A model generated the notes under the pieces. That model saw only the letters and a program-made list of their open reading frames with translations, was not told the origin of the DNA and ran no database searches. A stretch of 64,000 nt of DNA from Octopus sinensis (taxonomy: Eukaryota): assembly GCF_006345805.1 (NCBI RefSeq), contig NC_043004.1, positions 19,406,001 to 19,470,000 of the forward strand, given 5' to 3'. The stretch's first letter is position 1. Each line of letters starts with the position of its first letter. The position numbers and the translations under genes were made by a program. Shown in pieces: positions 50,230 through 61,552 of this stretch.

Positions 50230-51865
50230 GTCTTTCCCACATCTCTCTCTACACGGTGAATCACTCCGCCATTAAAATCTACAGAAAAATCTCTCTTGCC
50301 CTGGATTTATCACTCCGTAGGGACTTCAAGTGGATCTTCGTATTGCGGACATGCCCTATCCAATTCTTAGTGCTGACGTCTTACATCACTATTCTCTCTT
50401 TGTGGACGTTAGAGGATGCCGACTCATTGATGACACTACCTCACGCGCCGTTTCCTGGAAAGGATTCTTCTGTTCATGTTGTGAGCCCTTCTTTCTTTGT
50501 GGCTGCTTCGGGTGACACTCACCACCAGTTACTCGCTTCATTTCCAGAGTTGACTGATTTGTCATTTCATCCGTCGTATCCAGCCCATTCTACGAGACAT
50601 TTCATTACGACTAAGGGACCTCCAGTTTTTTTTCCCGACCGCGCCGTTTGTCTCCAGAGGAACTCCGGATCTCCCGGACTGAATTCGAGCACATGCTCCA
50701 GTTGGGACTTATTCGTCCCTCCACGATCACGTGGGCAGCATCTTTACACATGGCCAGGCAGAATGAAGCTGATTTCCGACCGGTTGGAGATTTTAGATGT
50801 CTTAACACTGTCACTATCGCAGATCGATATCCCCTACCAGTTGTGCAGGATTTTTCATCTGCTCTGTACGGCTGCAATGTTGTTTTTGCAAGATTCGACT
50901 TGGTACGCGCGTACCACCAAATCCCTGCCAACCCCGACGACATTCCAAAGACAGCTGTCACCAAGCCTTTTGGAGCGCTTGAATTTTTGTCTTATGCCGT
51001 TTGGACTTCGCAACGCGGCCAGTACGTTCCTAAGGTTCATTGATGTGGTCGTTCGTGGGTTAGATTTTGTCTTCGCATTCGTCGATGACCTTATCACCTG
51101 TGGTACTCCAGACCAGCACCTCCAACACTTAACCCAACTGTTCATGCGCCTACGTCCCTATGATGTGGAGAAATTAATCCAGCTAAGTGTGTATTCGGTT
51201 CTACCGGCTTGGAATTCTTGGGGCAGCTCATGACGTCGAAGGTATTCGTTCGCTTCCCTTTAAGGTGGAAGCCCTCAAACGCTTGTCTTCTGTTTCATTA
51301 AAATAGCTCAGCAATTTTATTGGTTTAATTAATTATTATCGTCGTTTCATTCCTAACTGTGCGGAGAAGTTGCTTCCTTTGATCCAGCTTTTGAAACATC
51401 AATGGAAAAAACACTCCCAGATAACGTTGTCTCCTACAGCCAACCAAGCTTTGAGTCTGTCAGAGCTGACCTTGTCCAAGCATCCTGTTGCGGATGCAAA
51501 ATTATCACTCACTGTCGACGCGTTATCATCCGCCATTGCTGTCGTTTTAGAGCAATCTGTCAACAGCTGAAGCCAGCCATTGGCCTTCTTCTCACACCAG
51601 TTGAAAGATGCCGAAACGAGATATAGTGTGTTTTGTAAAGAACTCTTAGCAATTTATCTGGCGGTGAAGCATCTCTCTCATCTTCTCGAAGGTAGAGATT
51701 TCACGATTTTCACCAACCACAAACTGCTAACGTTCGCTTTTTGCCAAAACGGACCGATAGTTGCATAGAGAAACAAGGCATTTGGACTACATATCACAGT
51801 TCGCTAGTGACATTTTCCCCATCGCTAGTAGTGACAACATCCCCGCCGATACCTTATCTCGTTGC
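50230..51865 (+). pseudogene. pol: Decayed Ty3/Gypsy pol relic (protease end, RT, RNase H), related to but distinct from the 54.8-kb element; no LTR seen
   Basis: LRRDFKWIF, ADMPYPIL, EFEHMLQLGLIRPS, FRPVGDFRCLN, DLVRAYHQIP, MPFGLRNAA, AFVDD, LTVDA, RYSVFCKELLAIY, ADTLSR. Confidence 0.9.
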
Positions 51866-52224
51866 CCTTTGATTTATTGTTTTATTTGCGAGAGTGTATT
51901 GTGAACTCTCGTGATCTTTCGTGTTTTAATCCAAAACAGAGACGAACACTATTCCTCCGTGTGGTCGGCTTGAAAATTGTTAAGAAATTAAGATATTAAG
52001 GTATTTTCTTAACATGAAATCAATAGTAGCTTTAATACACAACTAGGTATTTTTTTCTTGGAGTATATTTGCCACCTAAATGTGGCTAACCCTTAAGGGT
52101 TGATGCTACTGTAGCTTGTAACCCCAGGAAGACATCTCCTCCAGCTGGCTATTGACACACTTTCTGTGCCCTATCATTATTTGCAAATGGAAGTCATCGT
52201 TCCCATCTCTAGCCTGATGTGATA

Positions 52225-52269
52225 CACACGGACCCGAGTTTCTGAGTATTGACCCGTCATCAACATGTG
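52225..52269 (-). ncRNA. Hammerhead motif, second copy of the 32.4-kb family (C3 changed to U)
   Basis: CACAUG-UUGAUGA-C-GGGU-CAAU-ACUC-A-GAA-ACUCGGGU-C-CGUGUG. Confidence 0.6.
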
Positions 52270-52330
52270 ACAACCACTGGTTGGCGATGGGAAGTGGTTC
52301 TCAATGCAAATACACACACACACACACACA

Positions 52331-52371
<41 letters not shown>

Positions 52372-52382
52372 CACACACACAC

Positions 52383-52420
<38 letters not shown>

Positions 52421-53187
52421 TTTTTCCAGTGACGAAAAGTCACTGATCTCGAGAAAGTGGAAACACCACACTGAACTCTAAGACCAGTCAAAAAGACCCT
52501 GCCACGCATATACACACACACAGACACACACACACACATACACATATATATATATGCACACACACACTTACACCATCTTGAATTCTAAGACCAGTCCGAA
52601 AAACCACCGAGCCATGACAGACTAACCCAGCCCCCCCCCCAATCCTTTTGATTCCTATTCGAAACCAGATCATGGGAATGCTTACCCAACCAACCAACCA
52701 ACCTCCCACACTATTTCTAAAAATAGCAGCCATCCTTGCCAAACACACATACAAGACTGGAGATGAAGAAAAAAGGTTGGTCATTCCCCTAAAATTCTGA
52801 TTAAGCACTAAACGCTTTCTCCTATCAAATACTGTCTACAAATTCTTTCTGTATATATGCTTATATACATGATTTTTGATGGACTTAAAAATAATTATGA
52901 ATTTATTTTACTACCTATTTTGAACACTTTTATGTAAACTGTTTAAACACAAAACCTCTTAAATGTTCTTATCGTTGTCAAAGACTCTATCACAGTATTT
53001 TAATACATCTATGTTAACCATTTTTTAACATCACAAAGGCTACACATAGCCTTGCATTTTACTTTTGAAAATCTTTCTTTAAAAAAGTGAAAACGGTCAA
53101 GTCAATAAACATCTTTAAAAGACCTCTGCATTTTCAAATCCTCTTCTCTATATGTTTTCACACGTGCGGTACCTTCCAATTTTACTT

Positions 53188-53231
<44 letters not shown>

Positions 53232-53286
53232 GTATATATGTATGTATGTATATATGTATGTATGTATATATATATATATATACATA

Positions 53287-54756
53287 GAACTATAGACCTA
53301 TCTCTCTGACCTCACACATCAGCAAGGTCATGGAACGAATAGTCAGAAGGAAGCTGATCACCTTCCTTGAAGAGAATGACTTGCTGCCCGACACCCAACA
53401 TGGTTTCCGACCAGGGAGAAGCTGTTTAACTCAGCTCCTACAACACTATGACTGGTGCTGAAAACGGCTGCTCAGCCACTCAAATGTGGAAGTGATATAT
53501 CTCGACTTTGCAAAGGCCTTTGATAAGTCGATCATGGAATGATATGTCAAAAAACTGCGTGATCTCAACATAGTTGGAAAACTGGGAGAATGGCTTCATG
53601 ACTTTTGAAGGATAGAAGTCAGGTGGTAGCAGCCAATGGGGCCACCTCCATTAACACACAAATAGTGAGCGGTGTTCCGCAGGGCACTGTTCTGGGACCA
53701 CTACTGTTCATAATGGCCCTCTCAGACATGCCTCAGCCACGCAGAGAGCCACGATCACAAGTTATGCAGATGATACAAAAGTTTCACAGGCAATACAGAA
53801 CCCTGAGGACACTAAACACCTGCAATGTGAGCTGGACGAAATATACAAGTGGGCTGAAAAAGAATAGCATGCAGTTCAATGCTGGAAAGTTTCAAGCTTT
53901 ATACTATCAGCATGCAAAACTGAATGCAATACCCAATGAATACACTGGACCCGGAGGGATTGCAATCCCAGAGGCACAATCAGTGCGTGGACCTGGGTAT
54001 TCACATGAGTGATGACGCGACTTTCATGTACATGTTGCTAAACTGACACTGAAATGTAGACGGCTGGCTGGATGGTCTTAGAACCTTTAGAACAAGGAGA
54101 ACAAGAAACCATGATGGTCCTCTGGAAGACACTTGTCCTAAGCCACTTTGACTATTGCTCTCAGCTATGGTCACCATCCAGTGTCAAGTTGATCACAGAA
54201 CTTGAGGGACCAACGAAGCTACACAAAGAAGATAGCCTCTATGCAGATGTAAGCTACTGGGAAAGACTCAAGAGATTAAAATTATATTCCCTGGAGCGTA
54301 GGCGGGAAAGATATGCCATAATATACATCTGGAAGATCCTGGAGGGAAGTGTCCTGAACTTTGGCATCGAGAGTTACGCAAATGCCAGACTGGGCGCCAC
54401 TGCGTGGTGCCTAGGACTCCAAACCTGCCATCAAGATGTAGGACAAGATTCTGTGATAGCCTGGGCTTCCGAGGCCACAAGCTTCAATATCCTCCGAAGA
54501 ACCTGAGAGACCTGCATGGGGTGGATACAGATGTCTTTTAAAATGAAGCTGGATCTCTTCCTGTCAGGTGTTCCAGATGAACCAACTTCACGGCAGGAGG
54601 GGCAGATGAGGGCAGCTGCATCGAACTCTATCAGCACCAAATAGCAGTTGCTAGAAAGCCTCCATGAAGTGAAACCAAGTAGCAACACCAAATGGCGGTG
54701 CCCCAGCATGGCCACAGCTCATAAGCTGAAACTAGAATCAATCAATCAATCAATCA
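53287..54756 (+). mobile_element. 5'-truncated CR1-clade LINE (RT, frameshifted) with 3' stem-loop and (AATC)n tail
   Basis: NYRPISLTSHISKVMER, QHGFRPGRSC, YLDFAKAFDK, GVPQGTVLGPLLF, YADD and LYSLERRRERY. The 3' end is GGCGGTGCCCCAGCATGGCCACAGCTCATAAGCTGAAAC. Confidence 0.9.
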
Positions 54757-54764
54757 TATAATAT

Positions 54765-55186
54765 TGTAGTGATGCTACTGTGTAAGGTTCAGTGCGCATG
54801 CGCAGAATGGGACTACTTCCGGGTGGCCACCGAAAGTCTTCCCCATGCGCATGTGCGGGAAACTGACCCCTAAGGCACAGACCACTCATTCACTCTCTCT
54901 GGCGCTTTCAGCCCTCGTGAACAGACGTGCATTTGGTAGTCTCTGAGAACTCTACACCGGCTTAACAACGGACGACATCGAATCACTTCAATCAACCAAC
55001 AAGAAGCAGTACAAAGATTCGGCTGTCGTTTCCCCTCAGAAAATACGCATACCATCACGAGTAATAAACAACAGTTTCCTATCTTTCCCAGATAACCTGA
55101 CTTCGTCTGTTATATCTAACTAGATTGAATGTGATGGGATCGGATCGGACACCCCTTCAGTGATACCGATTCCAGATCCTGTTACA
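54765..55186 (+). repeat. 5' LTR
   Basis: TGTAGTGATG...CTGTTACA, AATAAA at 55063-68, and about nine substitutions versus the 3' LTR by eye. Confidence 0.96.
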
Positions 55187-55188
55187 AT

Positions 55189-55198
55189 TGGTGACCCC
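55189..55198 (+). promoter_or_regulatory. Primer-binding site, tRNA-Trp type
   Basis: TGGTGACCCC lies 2 nt after the LTR and is complementary to the tRNA-Trp 3' end (GGGGUCACCA). Confidence 0.8.
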
Positions 55199-55580
55199 AA
55201 GTAAAAAAAAACAAAGAACAGAAGACGCAGCGAACAGGTTTTGCCAGTTAGAGCACTGAACACTCAGTTTTCACTTTCATTTTTCTTTTTCTTTCAGGAC
55301 GGCGAAGGTGCGTACAAACAAAAGTTTTATTCATCGCACTCAGTACACTGAAAAAAAAAGAGACACACACACATTATTTTTTTTTCTTTTCTGTACCTTT
55401 TGTTTTTCCTTTGTGCACACACACACTTATTCTTTACTACCCACGAGGTGCACACACACACACACACACACACACCAGTACACAAAACACGATTTTTGAT
55501 TTGCTTTGTCGGTTCCACGTGTTCTCCACTTCTCGTTCTTCCTTCTGTCCCCTTTCTGACAGGCGATTCTTCGGACAAAC

Positions 55581-56268
55581 ATGGCTGCATCAGGTTTGCC
55601 TTTATTCACAGGGGATGTGGGTCTGTGGTTTGCCCAGGTGGAGTCGCATTTTGATGCACATGCCGTTCCTCCACAGCAGCAGTTGCATCTGCTATATTCA
55701 AGTTTACATCCCCGACTCGCCACATCGGTCAGGGATCTCATAATAAGTCCCCACCTGGACGCCACGTACGCGTCCGTAAAAGCCGAAATCCTCCGCCGCA
55801 ACACGCGGTCGGAGGAGAGTAATTTTAAGGAGCTGATGGCCGAGGAACAGTTGGGATACAGGACTCCATCCCAGTTCCTGCGTCACCTACGGGAGCTGAG
55901 CGGGAACGCAGCGGACGCGCCGCTCTTACGGAGGATTTTCTTCTCCAGGTTGCCTGCCCACGTGCAGACAATGTTGGCCACGGTACTGGAGTCTGTGTCA
56001 GTAGACCAGATTGCCACGATGGCCGATAAAATATTGGAATTTCCGAAACCATCTCCATCACGAGGCCTGTGCGCATGTACAGAGCCCCCTCCGACAGTTT
56101 TTTCCGACGCAAAATTCACTAGCCGTGCGGATCGATGCGCTCACGCGGCGAATCGATGATCTGTGCCGTGCGATCGGGCGCCGACCACGCAGTCGTTGTC
56201 GCAGTGGCTCTGCTGAAAAGGCAGAACGGTGTACCCAGCCGTGCACTTTCCAGCCCTCGGGAAACTAA
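55581..56268 (+). pseudogene. gag: gag, one frameshift near 56100
   Basis: LPLFTGDVGLWFAQVESHF...EQLGYRTPSQFLRHL...ADKILE, continuing in the next frame to AERCTQPCTF (remnant of a CHCC-type finger) and the stop at 56266-68. Confidence 0.85.
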
Positions 56269-56299
56269 ATCCGGAGGAGGTGAGCACGTCACCTTCTTC
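56259..56299 (+). promoter_or_regulatory. -1 programmed ribosomal frameshift signal
   Basis: G GGA AAC (56259-65) immediately precedes the gag TAA. After a 7-nt spacer comes an 11-bp hairpin, GGAGGAGGTGA-GCACG-TCACCTTCTTC, and pol is in the -1 frame. Confidence 0.8.
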
Positions 56300-59200
56300 C
56301 TTCTCGTTTCCAAAAAATCGTGCGTTCTTTGTAAAAGATCTGGTGTCGAAGAAATTCTTTATGGTGGATACCGGCTCTTGTTGCAGCATCTGGCCCCTTC
56401 GTCTGACTGCAGACAAGCCCAAGCGCTCTTCAATTGTCTTGCATGCCATTGACTCATCTCCCATAACCACCTTCGGTCAGATTTCGCTGCGCCTCGACAT
56501 CAACCTTCGTCGAGATTTTCAATGGGTTTTCGTCATCGCTGACATCCCGCATCCTATTCTCGGCGCTGATTTCTTGGATAGGTTTAATCTATTGGTGGAT
56601 GTCAGGCGTCGGAGGCTTTTTGACAGCACGACGTTGCTCTCTACGCCGACTGGGAGTTCCACCAATGCGGTCCTTAGCCCGACATTCTTTGTTGCCACCT
56701 CTGGAGACGCTTTTCACTCTCTTTTGGCTTCATTTCCGAGGCTAGTGGACATTGCCTTTCAACCGGAAAAGCCTACCCACTCGACACTCCATTTTATCAC
56801 CACCACTGGGCCGCCTGTATTTTCGCGCCCACGGCGCCTTGCGCCTGACCGACTAAAAACGGCTAGGGCCGAGTTTGAGCACATGCTTCAACTTGGCCTT
56901 ATACGCCCCTCCACCAGCCCATGGGCGTCTCCCCTTCATTTGGCGCAAAAGGGCGAGTCTGATTTTCGCCCGGTAGGAGACTATCGACGCCTCAATGCCG
57001 TAACAATAGCCGACAGGTATCCAATCAGGAATCTACAGGACTTTACGGCAAATCTCCATGGTTGCACCATTTTTTCGAAGGTCGACCTTATACGCGCGTA
57101 CCATCAAATACCGGTCAACCCAGCCGACGTTCCGAAATACCTTTGGGTGTTTTGAGTTTTTGTATATGAGTTTCGGTTTGCGGAATGCTACCAGCACTTT
57201 CCAGCGTTTCATTGATGAGGTTATCCGCGGTCTTGATTTTGTGTTTGCCTATGTCGATGATATACTCATTGCGAGCGACACACCTCAAAATCATCTCCAG
57301 CACCTTTCTCAGCTTTTTCAGCGTCTTCGCGCTTATAGTATACGCATAAATCCCGACAAGTGTGTTTTCGGACGCTCTTATCTAGATTTTCTAGGCCATC
57401 ATATTGATTCGAGTGGAATCAGCCCTCTGTCGTCAAAGGTCAATGCCATTAGACGCATCGCACCTCCCACTTCCTTGCGCCAGCTCAGGCATTATCTAGG
57501 GATGATCAATTTCTCTAGACGTTTTATTCCCGGTTGTGCAGATAAGCTATTTCCTCTCACCAGGCTATTAAAGGACACTCCTAGAAAGGACGGTCAAGTG
57601 ACCCTCTCTGTTGAGGCACTCACAGCCTTTGAGTCCATTAAGAAGGAGCTGGCTTCTGTTTCTTTGCTTGCACATCCGGTTCCTGGTGCTTCTCTCTCTT
57701 TGACTGTAGACGCATCGGACACTGCGATTGGCGCTGTGTTACAACACACAGTGGATGATCACACTCGACCTCTGGCTTTCTTTTCCCGCCAACTGCAACC
57801 AGCTGAACGACGATACAGCACCTTTGATCGTGAGCTCCTAGCGATCTATCTATCGGTTCGTCATTTCCAGCATCAACTTGAAGGGCGAGATTTTGTGATC
57901 TATACGGATCACAAGCCCCTTACGTTTGCCCTGTGTTAAAAAACGGACAAACTCTCGCCTCGTGCTTTCCGGCACCTCGATTTTATCTCTCAATTCACTA
58001 GTAACATTCGACACGTACCTGGAAAAGAGAACGTTCCTGCTGACGCTCTCTCTCGCCTTCCAGTCTGCGCCCTTTCGTCTCCTGCTGCTATCGACTTAAC
58101 TGCCATCTCGCAGGAGCAGCCACCTTTGGCGTCGTCGTAGATAGACTTAACTTCTTCCAAGTTCTCCTGTTGCCAGTTTTCCTACCTTCCGCTTCCGTCA
58201 GCGACGGCACCATTCTCTGTGATACTTCCACTGGTTCTCCAGGCCACTCGTGCCTGAGAATCAAAACGCTCAGTGTTTGAAGCACTGCACTCCTTATCAC
58301 ATCCTGGCATCGCTGCCACCCTTAAGCTGATCACTTCTCGGTTTTTCTGGCCGAATATGCGTCGCACTATTACTTCTTGGACACGCACCTGCTCCAAGTG
58401 TCAACGGTCCAAGATTCAACGGCACGTTTGTGCCCCGCTTGGACATTTTCCCCCTACGGAGGCCCGTTTTCGCCATGTCCACATCGATCTGGTTGGACCA
58501 TGGCCTGTGAGTCGCGGGTTTTCTTATCTGTTAACTTGTGTCGATCGTTTCTCCCGCTGGTCAGAAGCCATTCCGATAGCAGACATTTCTGCTGAGACTG
58601 TTGCGCGAGCCTTCGTTTCAAACTGGATTTCCCGATTCGGAGTCCCGTCCAGATTGACTACTGATCGTGGACGTCAGTTTGAAGCTTCGCTATTTCGCGA
58701 ATTGTCGCGCATTTTAGGTGTGCATCATATCCACACTACCAGCTATCATCCAGCGTCCAATGGATTAGTTGAACGGTTCCATAGACAGCTCAAGGCCGCT
58801 CTTCGTGCCTCTTCAGATCCACAGTCCTGGACTGAATTTCTGCCAATTGTGCTTCTCGGTTGTCGCACTGCTGTCAAGGCAGACCTGGGGTTTTCTTCTG
58901 CAGAGCTACCGTATGGTACCACACTGGCATTGCCTGGTACGATGTTGGTGCCAGACACTTCCCAGCCCCATGATCCGGCGACCTATGTCGCCAGACTGCG
59001 TTCATATTTTTCGAATCTTCCACCCATGGATCCCAGGAAACAATCTCCACCATCCCATCTCCCACCGGATATGGATACTTGTTCGCATGTTTTTGTTCGG
59101 GACGACTCTGTCAAGGGACCACTTGTTTCTCCCTATAAAGGACCTTTCCGTGTGCTTTCTCGCACACCTAAGGTTTTCACCATTGAAATAAATGGTCATT

Positions 59201-59451
59201 CGGAGACCGTTTCCGTGGACCGACTAAGAAGAAGAAAGCATACTTTGAGACGTCATCATTTTGATGACAACCTTGCCACACCCACCTATGCACCTTTAAC
59301 AACACCTTCACCTGCACAGACACCTTTGCCTTCACCGGCTCCCACAACACCACCTTCGCCGTCAACGGGTGCCCCGAGCACACCATATGTTACAAGATCG
59401 GGCAGAACAGTGCATTGGCCCAAGAAACTCTCAAAGACAATTTATATTTAA
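56259..59451 (+). pseudogene. pol: pol (protease, RT, RNase H, integrase) with a deletion/frameshift near 57140, stops near 57937 and 58138, and further frameshifts near 58200-58270
   Basis: MVDTGS; AYVDD; TVDAS...ELLA...YTDHKPL; H-X3-H...CSKC; IDLVG, TDRGRQF, NGLVERF; PYKGPF. Confidence 0.93.
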
Positions 59452-59578
59452 CTTTCTTTCTTTCAAATTTCTTGTTTTTTGTATGACATTGTGCACCAAA
59501 TCTTCTGTGGGGATCGGCAAGATATCTGTTTTTCTGCAGCACCACTACAAATTTTCTTGTTTTCGTACTTCCGCACTC

Positions 59579-59587
59579 GAGGGGGAG
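59579..59587 (+). promoter_or_regulatory. Polypurine tract
   Basis: GAGGGGGAG lies 3 nt before the 3' LTR. Confidence 0.8.
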
Positions 59588-59590
59588 CCA

Positions 59591-60012
59591 TGTAGTGATG
59601 CTACTGTGTAAGGTTCAGTGCGCATGCGCAGAATGGGACTACTTCCGGGTGGCCACCGGAAGTCTTCCCCATGCGCATGTGCGGGAAACTGACCCCTAAG
59701 GCACAGACCACTCATTCACTCTCTCTGGCGCTTTCAGCCCTCGTGAACAGACGTGCATTTGGTAGTCTCTGAGAACTCTACACCGGCTTAGCAACGGACG
59801 ACATCGAATCACTTCAATCAACCAACAAGAAGCAGTACAAAGATTCGGCTGTCGTTTCCCCTCAGAAAATACGCACACCATCACGAGTAATAAATAACAA
59901 TTTGCTTTCTTTCCCAGATAACCTGACTTCGTCTGTTATATCTAACTAAATTGAATGTGACGGGATCGGATCGGACACCCCTTCAGTGATACCGATTCCA
60001 GATCCTGTTACA
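59591..60012 (+). repeat. 3' LTR
   Basis: Same length as the 5' LTR and followed by ATAT. Confidence 0.96.
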
Positions 60013-60078
60013 ATATATGTATATACACACACACACACACACATACATACATACTACATACATACATACATACATACA

Positions 60079-60110
<32 letters not shown>

Positions 60111-60232
60111 GAAAGATAGGTAGATGGGCAGCGACAAGGAGAGAGAGAGATAGTGAGAGAGAGAGAAAGTGAGAGAGAGAGAGAGAGAGAGGGAGAGAGA
60201 GGGAGAGGGAGAGAGAGAGAGAGATTAATAAG

Positions 60233-60310
60233 TGTTATATCGCAATACTACACACTGGCTGTGTGAGCTACGCAATCCTCGTCGCCGCTGTGTAGTATTG
60301 CGATATAACA
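60233..60310. other. Hairpin with a perfect 22-bp stem and 34-nt loop
   Basis: TGTTATATCGCAATACTACACA ... TGTGTAGTATTGCGATATAACA. Confidence 0.9.
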
Positions 60311-61262
60311 ACAAAAAACTTAGAAAACACCATTGCGAATGAGTGGCAAGTGTGGTATACAGGGAGGGAAAAGGAAAATGAATAAAGAAAACATACCTGT
60401 ATACGTTTTTGGTCTTTCAGTTTATGATCTATGTTTACGGATTTGTTTTATCGAAGAGCGCTGTTAATATAAAAAACACGATTTCGGATCCACGTTTATT
60501 GATATGGTTTATAAAAAGCCAGTTTGTGTAAACAAAACGATTTAAGATCTACGTTACAGTTTGGTTTATCGAAAAATTCGCTGCTGTAAGTGTAAACAAC
60601 AAACTTACCTGTGAATCTCTAGTAAGCAGGGAGAAATAAATATTTATCCTTTCTTTTATTTCCTTTCCTTAGACCTGCTTTGTTTAAAGAGAAGAAAACT
60701 GCACATTATCCTCACTGACCACGTGCAGTTGTTGATTAAAAAATTTACAATTTTCTTTCTGGCGCTAGTACTTCGGCAAACGAATGAAATTTTCGACCTG
60801 TAGGTTCAAGTGGTAATTTTAATTCGATATCCCGAACAGAAAATGCTTTAAATTTCGTCTTCAGTACTTTTGAGATGGTTTCTTGATTTCGTTCAACAAA
60901 GAAAAAATAAATAAATAAAATAAAACTGTAGCTTAAAAGACCATCATCTTCATACATGTATCTATATACTGGTTTCAGTCATTTGACTGCGGCCATGCTG
61001 GAGTACTGCAGCTTTGGAGATTTTTTTTGTAGTCGAACAAATCGAACCCAGGATTTATTTTTTCTTATAGCCTAGTACTATTCCTATCGGTCTGTTTTGA
61101 TGAATCGCTAAGTTACGGGGACGTAAACACACCAACACCGATTGTCAAGCAGTGATGAAGAGACAAACACAGACACAAAGACACACACACATATATACAT
61201 ACATACGCACGGGCGCGCACACGCACACACACACATATATATATATGGATAAAGAAAGTTTC

Positions 61263-61388
61263 ATTGAAATTCGTTGGTACTTTTGAGTTTCAAGAGTGAT
61301 TCTTGTCGTAAGCCATTTTGAATTTGAATTCAAAATGACTGACGACTAGCATCACGCTTGAAACTCAAAAGTACCAACGAATTTCAAT
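61263..61388. repeat. 126-bp near-perfect palindrome
   Basis: 32-bp perfect outer arms (ATTGAAATTCGTTGGTACTTTTGAGTTTCAAG and its reverse complement); pairing continues with few mismatches to a 2-nt centre. Confidence 0.92.
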
Positions 61389-61510
61389 CAAGCTGTTTTC
61401 ATCCTTACATGTAGCACCAAATAAATTTGTTGAGTACCCTTATTTTGTCTGTCCACTTACTATATATATATATTATATATATATATATATCCCCTCCTTG
61501 TTTTTTCTGT

Positions 61511-61552
61511 GTCCCTTTCTGTAGAAGAGCGTAGGCTCGAAACGTAAAAGAC
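61511..61552 (+). ncRNA. Degenerate minimal hammerhead motif in a PLE-type terminal repeat
   Basis: TTT-CTGTAGA-A-GAGC-GTAG-GCTC-GAAACGTA-AAAG. A6 is mutated, and helix II (GAGC/GCTC) is the same as at 23.8 kb. Confidence 0.5.

Larger units (their letters stand above)
54765..60012 (+). mobile_element. Structurally complete, coding-defective Ty3/Gypsy LTR retrotransposon (CsRn1-like)
   Basis: 422-bp TG...CA LTRs, ATAT TSD (54761-64 and 60013-16), PBS, PPT, and PR-RT-RH-INT domain order. Confidence 0.96.

Noticed and set aside
59452-59590. Possible env or extra ORF in the Gypsy element
   Set aside because: Only ~130 bp lie between the integrase stop and the PPT.
60425-60600. Three diverged ~60-bp tandem units
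   Set aside because: The repeat is real but too degenerate to assign, and no termini were found.
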